Shown here: positions 11,481 through 21,969 of the stretch, one piece after another
Position numbering within the stretch: position 1 is the first letter of the stretch
How the letters are laid out: every line of letters begins with the position of its first letter
Assembly: GCA_013239625.1 (NCBI GenBank)
Contig: MU054323.1
Span: forward strand, 20,419,082-20,483,081
Source of the DNA: Lama guanicoe
Taxonomy: Eukaryota
Reading direction: 5' to 3'
Length of the DNA: 64,000 nucleotides
Notes under the pieces: model-generated
The model's input: the letters and a program-made list of their open reading frames with translations, nothing else
What the model was told of the DNA's origin: nothing
Databases searched by the model: none
Translations under genes and position numbers: made by a program

Positions 11481-14214
11481 TCTGATTACAAGATCTATGC
11501 ATCATTCGCCACCAGGACAGGACAGAGTCCTTGCTCGAGGCCAGCTTCCAGGGCATTCGGTCCAGTGCTCTCCCCTTGGCCCGAGTTCCCCTTGTTCTGC
11601 TCAGAGACACCAGAGGACACTAAGTTAGGAGCTGATGGCTGTGCTTTTGCCTTCTCAGGGGCATCCCATTTCCAGTGGGCTTCCACTCGACGCTGGCTTG
11701 GCTTCGTGGAAAGAGAGTGGGTGAAAAGTCAGAGCCTAAGAGCTGCCGCTGGACTCCGCAGCCTTCACCTTGCCTCTTCCTATTTGGAAGCAGATGCGCG
11801 TCCAGTTAGCACAGTCCTGCTTCTCGACCAGGAGCCCTTCCCCTGAGTAAGTGCTGGTGGGCTGGGCCCTGCCAGTGATCGCACCGCTGCTTAACAGGCT
11901 CCTGACCGACTGGGAGGGCAGGTGTCCCTCTGGGCCTGGGATCCCATTCCCCTGGGGCTGAGGTGTTGCTTCCCTTGATGGTAATATGCTTCAGGGCTCT
12001 TTGTGGCCCAGGAAGTGAGGGTGGACGAGGGGGTGTGAAAGGGTTAACTTAATTTAGGCTGTTATTCCTTTTTGGCATCTGCAAGTCAGCTTAATAGGAG
12101 CTCAGCTTTCCTATTGCCTCACCAATGAAACAGAAACCAGACCACAAGGGGGTCTGGAGGTGGTTAAACGGTGATGCCTCCTGGTGGGCTGCGGGGCCTG
12201 GTCGGAGATATTCCTAGGAAGTGACCGCTAGAAATGCCACGCTGGGCCACCGTCACCGGAGTAAGGGAAGGGGCAGGGAACTGGGGGCTCCCCAGAAGGC
12301 CTGGCCCCAGGCAGAGGGGAAAGAGACAGATGCAGTGTCCACAGATGTGTGCTGGGATCCTGGCTCCACCACCTTTACAAAATCTGGGAGTCACAGCCTG
12401 CTGGTGTTCTTGCCGCTCAGGATTCAGTGCATGAAAAAGTAATCAGCTTGACACAGAGCATGCCCGGCTCAATAAGTCAGCCTTATGGAACTTCTGGGTT
12501 TTCTCTCTCCCACTTCTCCACCCCCGGGCCTTTGCAATTCCCCTTCTCTCTTCCTGAGGCGCTATTCCTTCTATTCACTTCTTGGCCGGCTCTTACTTCA
12601 GATCTCGGTCTGAATGTCACTTCCTCCAGGAAGCCCTCTGAAACTGGGCTGGGGGACCTCCTGGCGCCCTGAACTTTCCCTTCCAGTCTTGTCCCTAGCC
12701 CTCCCCACCTCCATCATGGTTTCCCCATGGGGCAGGAGTTGGACGTGGCTCCTTCACCTTGAAGCCCTGGCTGCGGGCCCCGCAGAGGGTCTGCACCACT
12801 TACAACATGGAGAGAGAGAGGACTGGTTGGGTGGGGGGAGGGACAGGTCACCGGTGCTCTGACCCAGCGAAGCGTCCTCTGGGAGCCAGGAGCAAGGGGA
12901 TTTAGCCAATCCCGAGGTCGGGACTCTCCTGCCAGGATCGCTTTTCTCTCTGCTGTGGTTTTCATTATTTTTCATTCCCAGACTATTTTGGAAGCTGGCT
13001 GCCATGGGAACTGAGTCTTTGGAAAGCCCCGGCCTCTTTTCCCCTCCTGCCCCCACCCCTCCTTCCATCTCCATTCCCTCTTAATTGGTTTTTAGTTCCC
13101 TGGCTTTCAGGCTGGTCTGTTTATTTTGATTGCAACTTGACAGAACAAATCTTTAATGAACCAGCTTGTGGGGAGAGCCATTAGCAGCCGCCTGCCTCCA
13201 GGGAGTGGGGGAGGTGCTGGGCCGGGGCCACCACCTCGACCGCCCCAGGAGGAGGCCGTGGCCAAGCACGGGGTGGCAGTCGGTGGTTTGGACCCAGTCT
13301 TCCTTCAGGTATCGTCTGGAGTAAGGAAACAGAGCTTGTCCGCCCCAAGCTGTCTGCAGCCTCAGCTGGGAAAACCCCACAGCTCTTTTAAACGACCCTT
13401 CACAGGGCTCCCTGAGTCCTCCCAGTGACCCTGAGGTGGTACCTTCTACAGATGAGGGGAGTGGTGCTCAGAGAGACTGAGAGCCCCAAGTCACCCAGCC
13501 AGCAAGACTGTGCCACAGTGATCTGGGACCTTGCCATCATACCTATGTTTTTTTCTCCCTGTATTCCCAGTTTCCCAGGAGTGTCACTTACCCTTAGGAC
13601 AAACTGGCAGCCTGTGGTCCAAGCTAGGTTCTTCCAGACCTTGGCTTTGCAGAGCTAAGGCTTCTTTGTTTTGCCCCTCGCTTTCCCCATCTCTGTGGCA
13701 CTAGTTTAGAGCCATCTGGGCCTGACAGTACTTACAGAGCTTCTTCTTAGACTGGATGAGATTACTTGTGCCCAAGAGCCTGGCAAACAGGAAAATGTTG
13801 TATGAATGTGTCTCTGTGTTGAGTGTATAGTACAGAACAAGCCATAGAATTTTCCTAGCTGCAGCCAGCCTAGAAGAAGCCCTCAGACCTTTTGGCCCTA
13901 TCTTCAGGGTGACCTCAGGGGATGCGGGTAGTCCCCCCTTTCATATTGACCCCATTCTGCCAGACCCCTTAATCTTAGAAACAGAGACCGATGGGGTGTT
14001 GGAGCAGGAAGCTGCCTTAGAGATCAAGCTTGGTGGCTTTCAAACTGGTGTTAAGAGCTCCAGGGCTCTGTGACTGGGACCAGCCTTCTCCCCATCCCTA
14101 ACTTCACTCCAAGAGACTCTGCTGTTGTTTGCTCTGTGTCATGGGGTCGTGTGGAATTTCTTTAGAAAGTGGGCTCCCTTTCTGTCCTGCCATGGTTGGC
14201 TCTCCAACATATGT

Positions 14215-14675
14215 TCGTATCAGATGGCAATTCCACTTTCCTTTCCAGTGATTGGTTGGAAGCAGGCCCTTCTGGCCAATGAGGAATAAAAGAAAGTCTG
14301 TAGGGACTTGTGGGAAAAGCTTCTTGCTCCTAAAAATGAAATGCGAGAAAGACAAATTCTCTTCTTTCTTGGCTGGGATGAGCCTGGTTGTGATGCCTGG
14401 TACTCTGGCAGCCATCCTATGCCCCTGAAAGAAGCCAGAATGAGGACAAAGCTAATCCATGGAGAACTGCAGAGGGCCTGACGACATTGGTGGACCATTG
14501 GCCATACTAGCCCTGGAGTGGTCCTGTCTCTGGACTTTATCAGATGATAAGTTTTAAGCCTGATAAATGTTTAAACCTGTTTGAAAAATTGTTTTCAGTT
14601 TTGTTTTTGATTTTTGTTGTTCTTTTGTTTGCTTGCTTTTATTATTTGTAGTTAAATGCGAACTAATTGATATAC
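14215..14675 (+). mobile_element. MLT1 (MaLR) solo LTR
   Basis: ttctggccaatgagg...gcagccatcctatg...ctctggacttt...ctaattgatata. Confidence 0.75.
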
Positions 14676-14689
14676 TTTGAAAACTGACT

Positions 14690-14810
14690 CAATCCCTACA
14701 TTCCAAAGTTGGGGTGACTGAGGCTCAGGAGAGTGGGGAATGACTGGATCAAGGTCATGCTCTGATTAGTAGCAGAGGTGGTCCAGGATCCCAGGACTTC
14801 TGACTGCTGG
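14690..14810 (-). mobile_element. MIR SINE fragment
   Basis: gactgaggctcagg...caaggtcatgc...agtagcagag...cccaggacttctgact. Confidence 0.6.
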
Positions 14811-15084
14811 CCTAGGACTCTTGCCCTGTATTCACAGCTAGAGATCTAGAATCCTGGGGTTGTCCCAGGTGGCACTGCCTCCTGGTCTCTGGAGGACCCA
14901 GGCAACTAGGGAGGCCCTTCCAGGCTAAGAGAGTTGGGACCAAGTGGACAGCATAGACTGGTGGCCTCTTCGACTGTTCTTGGTGCAGCTTCTGAAAAGC
15001 ACGTAGCAGATGCATAATCCATTTCTGTGCCAGACTGTGAGATCATGGAAAGAGGGAGAAAATGAGGCACTCGGGGTAGCCATG

Positions 15085-15600
15085 TACATCAGTTAGGAAT
15101 TACACTGGCTGCTTAAGATAAACCTTAAACAAGTCAAGCAGTTATTTTTCTTACATAATAGGTAGTCTAGAGATAGGCAGTCCAGGTCAGTATAGCTATT
15201 CAAGAGAGTCATGAAGAATCAAAACTCCTACTATCTTCCTGCTCTGTCATCCTTGACAGTTTTTATCTTCATGGTCACAAATGGCTGCTCCACTTCCAGG
15301 CATCACAACTGAGTTCCAGGCTGGAAGAAGTCGGTATGGAAAAAATTTGTGCTGGCCAGACCATTGCCTTTTTATCAGGATACAGAATATCAGGAAAGGA
15401 TACAATACCTTTCCAGAAGTCCCACTGTAAAATTATTTCTACATCTCATTGGCCACAAATATGGACACCTTCAGCTATATTTGGAGGTGGTGAATATTTT
15501 TTTTAACAGGGAATTTTGCTGCCCCAGAAAAACTCAAGACTGTTAGAAAGGAGGTGGGAGGGGTGGACATTGGGAGGCAACAGCAGTTTTCTACAGCGGG
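15085..15600 (-). mobile_element. MLT1 (MaLR) solo LTR, antisense
   Basis: Begins tacatcagttagga; contains catggtcacaaatggctgctccacttccaggcatcaca and catctcattggcca. Confidence 0.75.
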
Positions 15601-16544
15601 ATTTTCATAGTCTTACTCAGCAGAGCAACTGAACCAGGAATCAAACCCAGAGGGTGTGAGCCCCTCTCTGAAAGCTCTGAAGCTGCTCAGGCCTCAAGTT
15701 GCTACTCCCAGAGTCTCCTCCCTCTTAATCATCTCCCTCACAGATACCAAAAGTAATTCCTCAGCACACAGTAGGGTGTCTGGCACTCAAAGGCACTGAA
15801 CAAATTCTTGTTGAAAATTCTTGTTCATAAGAAGGCACTTCTGAAAAACTCACAATTGGATCCAGTATGCCTAATTCCTTATCCCTCTCTAGGACTTGCC
15901 CTGCAGCCTGGAAAAAGCTCTCTTATCTGTCAGCCCTGATGGTGGGGGTGGAGCCTCTCAAGCCCCTCAGGAGAGGCCACCTAGGGCCTCTCTTTCCCTC
16001 CAGTTGTCCAGAGTCAGGGTTCCAGGGTTGGCAAAACAGTGCGCCAACCAAGGACTCAAGGGCCCTGCCCTATTTCTTATCTCCCATCTTCAGTATTTTA
16101 AAGAGTCACACGCCCTTGGTCTAGCACTCTGAGGGGCTAGGAAGTCACACAACTGGGGCACTCAGCCATAGTGGGAAGGAAAGAGGGGGAAGGAATGATC
16201 TGGGGGTAGACAATGAAGAGCATGTACTACTGTTTTGTTTGAAGATAAGGGAATAGGGGCTTGGAGAGATGAACGGACCTTCCCAAAGTCCTGGGTAAGT
16301 AGCAGAGATGAGGTCTATCTGATTCACTTTCAAGAAGCAAGACCAAGGTGTGCCCTGCAGAGAGTGTGTGAGGCTGCGTGGGGGAGTCAGAACCTGGGAA
16401 CCTCTGTCCTAGGGACCAATGAGTATGGCATTTCAGACGTGGACCCTCTGGATTTGTAACTCCTTCCCTTTGAAAATGGACTTTATTGGCTGGAGATGGA
16501 TGGAGAGGGATGGAAAGCAGAGGCTGTATGTCTTCGTCTTTTTT

Positions 16545-17290
16545 AAGTTCTTAGTTTTAAGTATAGAATTCATTCAGAATAGTGCATAAATTATGAGTAC
16601 AGCTCAATTAATTTTCATAAAGCCAACACATTGGTGTTCAGCACCCAGATCAAGAAATAGAAAGTTACCAGTACCCCAGAAGCCCTCTTCTTATCCCCTT
16701 CCAGACTTCTATCCCCCCTGCCGAGGATAACCATTATCCTGATGGAAACAGTTTTGGCAATTTTGGTACTTCCTCTAAATGAAACCATATGGTATAGTAT
16801 ATACTCTTGTGTGTAAAATCTTTGTTCAAAATTATGTTTGCGATTCATCCATGTTGTTATGTGACTTGTGGTTCATTCATTCTCATTGCTGTATAGTATT
16901 CAATTTTGTGAATATACTATAATTTATTTATCCATTCCACTGTTGATGGGTATTCTGAGTAATTCCTAGTTTTTTAGGTATCATGAATAGTTCTACCCTG
17001 ACCATTTTGAACGTGTACCCAATTCTGTTGGATCTCTATCTGGGAAGGTATATATTTAGCTTTAGCAGACACTACCAAACAGTTTCCAAAGCGGCTATAC
17101 CAATTTACATCCACACCATTATATGAGTTTCAGTTGCTCCATATTCTTGTCAACACTTGGTATTGTTAGTGCTTTTCATTTGAGCTGTTCTGTCTGGTGG
17201 GAGTGTAATCGAATCTCATGGTTTGGTTTTCATTTGTACTTCCTGCTTGACTAATGAGATTGAGCACCTTTTAATGTGATTACTATTATT
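16545..17290 (-). mobile_element. L1ME/L1MB-type 3' end fragment
   Basis: cacccagatcaagaaatagaa...ccccagaagcc; gattcatccatgttgtt; ccattccactgttgatggg; ttgctccatattcttgtcaacacttggtattg. Confidence 0.85.
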
Positions 17291-17504
17291 TTACATGGCT
17301 TTGTCTTTTAACTTTGAGCAAGGAGGGAGAGAAATGGGAAGAGGCTTTCTGAGTATGAAGGTGTGTGATTGTTGGATATGGGAATGTTTGAGAGGAGCAT
17401 CTCTGCTCTCGAAGACCGAGTAGAAGGCGAATCTGGGAACGAGCGCTTCAGCGCTCACAGAGTCACACCCCCAGGAGAGGCAGGGAGATACCAATGCAGA
17501 GAAA

Positions 17505-17665
17505 GAGCGAGCATTGGCTTGGGCACTTACTAGCTGCTACATTTTGGGCAAGCGCCTCAGTTTCCACCTCTGTCAAATGAAAAGAATAATAATGCCAACT
17601 TGACAGTGTTGTTGTGAGATTTAAACGAGATGGTATATGGACAGTGTCTGGCACGGGGTACACAG
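17505..17665 (+). mobile_element. MIR SINE
   Basis: cacttactagctg...gcctcagtttccacctctgtcaaatg...gttgtgagatttaaacgaga...acagtgtctggcac. Confidence 0.75.
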
Positions 17666-17719
17666 AGATAAATCACCTATGTTGTCTGACCTAATAAGTG
17701 ACAGCCATTATCACTATAA

Positions 17720-18060
17720 TGACTGGGACTGAGAACCAGAAGTGCCCATCACTTGCTGTGTAGTAACAGCACCAGAAGGCCTGGTGACTAGTACAAGACT
17801 TCATTTTTTTTTGCTCAGAACCTCACCTCTTGTACAGACCCTCGCTTTAAGAAATGAGCCAGTCCAAGAGTGTATCCTATTCTGGTATCCTGCTCTGAGA
17901 ACTTCTGAGCCTCACAAGGAGTTTTAAAAAAAAAAAGCATTTATTTCTCCTAACAAGCTGTTACTTAAGAATTGTCAGTTTAGTGTTCTCCCTTGCTGCT
18001 CTAAATCAATAAGTCAGTTTTACTTCTATCATAACAGCTTTCTCTAATTAAGCAGAGTTT
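17720..18060 (+). mobile_element. 5' LTR of ERV
   Basis: Blocks gagaaccag, cagaaggcctgg, cctcacctcttgtacagaccctcgctttaagaaa, cagtccaag, caataagtcag, tttacttctatcat recur in the same order at 20981-21300. Confidence 0.7.
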
Positions 18061-18449
18061 TGCACACTTTAGATGTTATTTGTCTAGTCTCACCTTTGTC
18101 TTGTCCTTTTTTGTTATAAACTTTGTCTCTAGGGGAACAAAATGATCATAGAATTGTCAGCAGATGAGTACCACTAAGTCCATGGCCCAAACCAGCCCCA
18201 AGCACCAACAAGTTGAAGGTCTTGCTTGGTTAGTGACCCTCAGGGGATGAACTTTATCTTGGCTCTCCATCTGAAAATGTTACAGCCTCTGTGTTCCTCC
18301 ATCCTGACCCTGTGTCCCAAAGAGTTGATTTGGGAGACAAAATCCCCAAACCCCTTTTGCTGATGACTGCTGCTGGAGATAGTCACCCTCTAGTTGGGAG
18401 CCCAAGAGAGGAGGTACAGAAGCAATTCATTTGGCTGTTATTAACTTTC

Positions 18450-18646
18450 ATGGGGTCATCTCAGTCCAAGTCTGCTTCTCCACCAGGCTGGAGACCTGCT
18501 CTTTGTGGGATTCTCATTGTAACCCAAACTCTTGTGCATATTTTACAAAATGGCACAACTACTCCAAGAACTGTCTGGAATTGCAGTGGCCAGGTTGGAG
18601 AATTTCCAGTATGACCCAAATGGTCCATCTTGATGGCGCCTTACAC
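18450..18646 (+). pseudogene. gag: ERV gag N-terminus (matrix) remnant
   Basis: ATG at 18450 gives MGSSQSK (MGxxxS myristoylation motif). After a frameshift it reads NSCAYFTKWHNYSKNCLELQWPGW...HLDGAL, resembling gamma-like MA (W...L.WP..G). Confidence 0.65.
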
Positions 18647-18868
18647 CAGTAATCAACAAACTTTTTCTGTAAAGGGCAAGATAGTCAATGCTTCAGGCTC
18701 TGTGGGACACACGGTCTCTATTGCCGCTCTTCAGCTCTGCCCTTGGGATGCAAAAGCAGTGATAGACAGTACATAAACAAACAGGCATGACGGTGTTCCA
18801 GAAACCTTATTTACAAAAAAAGTCCATGGGCCAGAACTGGCCCATGGACTATAGTTTACTGAACCCTG
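18647..18868 (+). mobile_element. MER58A-like hAT-Charlie DNA transposon inside the ERV
   Basis: cagtaatcaacaaactttttctgtaaagggc...cagctctgcc...aaagcag...tatttacaaaaa...tagtttactgaaccctg, ~220 bp with degenerate TIRs. Confidence 0.85.
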
Positions 18869-18879
18869 CTCTAGTGCAT

Positions 18880-19700
18880 ACCTCACCCGCCAACAACATG
18901 ATCTTGGCAAAACAGTAAAGGTGGGGCATGGCTGGGAATCAAGACCTCAAGGCCTCTTTGAAAACTTCCAAATGAATGTGATACAATTATCCCTTTTAAT
19001 GGATTATGAATCTGTTCTGCTGTTTTTGTTTTTGTTTGTTGTCGGCTTTTTTGGCTTGTTTATTTTCAGATTTGTTGAAACCTTTCCTTGTTGAAGAGCA
19101 TGAGAACAAGCCATTCGATTTTGTGTTTCCTCCTGGAGGAGTCGCAGTCTACTGCTCTAGGGATGAGTATCCTCCCATCCCTGAGATGATCGTTAAACAA
19201 TTCTGCAAGGCGTTGCTGCTTACTCAAAATTTCCTCTGTCCGTACCACTCCCCATCTTCAGGCAAAGTAGAAAGGACAAATGGAATTTTCAAGTTAAACT
19301 TAGCTCAGCTTTCAGAAACACTTGAATTTCCCTGGCCCAAAGTCCTGCCCTTGGCTTTAATGATAGCACGATCCCCTCCTTTGAGAGCACAGCGCTTTCC
19401 TCAGAAGCTGGTAACAAGCCTGCCCAAGCATCTAGGAATATCACCTCTCATCCCAGACGCTGCCCTGTTAGAAGCAGCAATAGCCAAATACTGAAAGGGA
19501 GCCATACAATAGGCCAGTTTTATTATTAACAGCCTCCTAATCTATGCCTGCACAACCTAAAACTTGATTTTCTAGAAGAGACATCAGAGAAAGGCAGCCC
19601 TTGGACCTTGATGGAAAAAGACATTAGTTATTGCAGACACTTAAGAGAGCGGTAAAACTCCAGGCGTTTGATTTTTGGTTGTATGCTTCCCAATGAAAGA
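18880..19700 (+). pseudogene. pol: ERV pol integrase remnant (frameshifts and stops)
   Basis: QQHDLGKTVKVGHG...GLFENFQMNVIQL (Zn-finger end and first DDE motif, D changed to N); CLFS..VETFPC; CPYHSPSSGKVERTNGIFKLNLAQL...PWPKVLPLALM; C-terminal KLQAFDFWLYASQ. Confidence 0.9.
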
Positions 19701-20319
19701 AACACAGACCATCCCTGGCAACCCGAAGGCCATCCCAAACAGAAGTTTCCCAGTGAGGATGCGTAAGAATCCCCCAGAAGCAGAAAATCTTCAGAAGGAG
19801 ACTCTAACCTGAGACCTTTCTGTTAAGCAGATGAAAGCATGAAATAGACATGCTTCCACATCTTTGGAAAAAGATCATTCAGATGGTTGGAGTCACAAAT
19901 GAACACATTCTCCTCTGTCTAGCAGTCTTCCTTTAATTTTGGCCTATTTCTTTCTAGTTTGCTACTTTGTGGTAATGGTTTGCTGATAGCATTGGTGCTG
20001 CCCCATGGCATAGATTTTATTGAGGAAATGTCTTTGGTGATTGTCATGTTTATTATTGTTGTTGTTGTTTTTATTGCTATTATTATTTCGGTTCTACCCA
20101 AAGGAGATGCCAAAGAGATGATCCAGCTATCACTCAGCACCTCTATTTTCGACACAGTCTGTGCCCCACTAGGGGACTGTTTTCTGTGTATGGAAATCAA
20201 GCCTTAACTTTTCAGAAATGTTTAGGTATTTAGGCTCTCAGCACCCTCTGAGGAAGATGTCTCAATGAAGCATGCCTCCAGGAACTTACAAAATGAAGTC
20301 ACATAGACTATTCTAGAAA

Positions 20320-20760
20320 ATTACCTGGAGGAAATATTGATTCCCTTTTTCTGTGTACCATCAAAATGGTGATTTCTATAACGAGGGTTATATCATTGGG
20401 AAAGGATGACAGAAATGTATCATTAACCTAAGCTGATGTTACAAATAAACTTCCATAGTTTTGAGGTTCATGGGGCAAATCTAAACTCTTTGGCCCAATG
20501 GAAATGGACAATCAGCTAGCTTTAGATTTTCCATTAGCTAGTCTAGGAGTTATCTGTGCCATTGTCATTTTGTGTCACACTTGGATAACTATTACTGATG
20601 AGATATAACAATCTATTTTGAAACTGAAGGAGATGGCCACCTTTCTGTCTAAGGTAAACCCAAATGGACGCTAGAACATTTTTAACCTGGGTTCGATAAT
20701 GTGGGATTCTTCAAAGTCTAAAGATCACCCTTTTCCTCTTCATGTCCATAGTGGTTGCCA
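20320..20760 (+). pseudogene. env: ERV env transmembrane-subunit remnant
   Basis: RKLPGGNIDS near the cleavage site, NVSLT*ADVTN heptad, LNSLAQ..MDNQLALDFPLASLGVICAIV..CHTWIT (immunosuppressive domain plus a degenerate Cys loop). Confidence 0.8.
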
Positions 20761-20967
20761 AGTGTAGACTCTCCAGACCCTTGACCGTGGGTGTACAGAT
20801 AGAATCACATCATATGACCCAGCAACTCATCACCTGACAAATGGAACAGGGAGATTACTCCAGCTCAAAATTGTTGTTTCTGAGATGATAATGTCACCGA
20901 GAATCCTGACAGTGATGGAGAGGCTGCTTTTGTGGTTGACCCTTTGATTTGGCCACAGAATGGCCGT

Positions 20968-21300
20968 AGAGGGGAGGGCCTGGAGGATAAGAACCAGCAC
21001 CCCACTTCCATCAATTATGCCGTTATCACCGCAGAAGGTCTGGATTTCCATAACACTTTGTTCTTCACTCATCACCTCACCTCACTTGAACTGACCTTTG
21101 CCTTAAAAAAATAATCAGTCCAAGTACTGGTTCCACTTCTGCTATCCACCTTCTACTAGGACAACGAAAACCATAGCCTGACTTCTCCTAAGGAGACTTC
21201 GTTTCAGGCTTCTCTGTGAGGCGCCCTGCCTCAATGCAATAGGTCAGGAAAACTCAGTTTACTTGTATCATCATAGGTTACCTTTAGGGGAGGAGGCTTT
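20968..21300 (+). mobile_element. Polypurine tract (agaggggaggg, 20968-20978) and 3' LTR starting TG at 20981
   Basis: Purine run immediately precedes the repeat block shared with 17720-18060. Confidence 0.7.
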
Positions 21301-21489
21301 TTCATGGGAGTTATATTGGATCTGTTTTAGTAGCTTACATTTGCCGATACCTGGCCTAGAATCCTCTGAAAAAATTCATGTTAGGTGTTCTTCTGACAAA
21401 AAAATTTGAATTTTTTTTTTTTTTGGAAAAGAGCTATTTGAATCATGGAAGAGACCCAGCATGCATGCCTTAATTAATTAGTTAATTAA

Positions 21490-21610
21490 TTGCCTTATTT
21501 ATTCAGCAACCATTTTGGATAGTTGTTCTGTGCAGGACCCTGTGCTGGGTGGCAGGAAGGCAGCAGTGAGCAGGACAGACGTGGTGCTGCCCCTGTGTAG
21601 CTCACAGAGG
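21490..21610 (-). mobile_element. L2 3' end fragment
   Basis: tattcagcaaccatttt...tctgtgcaggaccctgtgctgggt...cagtgagcaggacagac...gctcacag. Confidence 0.65.
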
Positions 21611-21935
21611 TGTTTCTTGAAAGCCTGTGCAGTGTTTGGCCTCCCTCATTAGTTCAGCTGGCTCCGCCCCATCTGTAGCCCATGGCTGGGGGGATGACCT
21701 GGGAATTACCCAGGGCAGAATAGTTTCTTTGCTCTACAGCTGCTGCAGTAAGTTCATGTGCTCAGAATTCCCTTGAGATAATAGAATTAAAGCATTGGAA
21801 GGGAACTTGGACATAGTTAGCCAATCTTTTATTCTGTAAATTATATAAATTGTATTTATTTTATAAATTAGAAAACCGAGGCCCAGAGATATTGAGAAAC
21901 TTGTTCAGGACCATGGAGCAAGTGTGTTTGTTCGC

Positions 21936-21936
<1 letters not shown>

Positions 21937-21968
<32 letters not shown>
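21937..21968. repeat. (TG)n microsatellite, ~16 units
   Basis: Directly visible. Confidence 0.95.

Positions 21969-21969
<1 letters not shown>

Larger units (their letters stand above)
17720..21300 (+). mobile_element. Decayed, internally deleted class I (ERV1/gamma-like) endogenous provirus with two LTRs
   Basis: Diverged terminal direct repeats, gag MA start, integrase, env TM and polypurine tract in canonical order (see sub-features). Confidence 0.85.

Noticed and set aside
19006..19494. 162-aa ORF as a functional or domesticated integrase gene
   Set aside because: Only the C-terminal half is in the integrase frame. The N-terminus is a simple-repeat insertion plus frameshifts, the first catalytic Asp is changed to Asn, and there is a premature stop.
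19900..20760. Syncytin-like captured env
   Set aside because: Multiple stops and frameshifts, most of SU is missing, and the Cys loop is degenerate. No long ORF.
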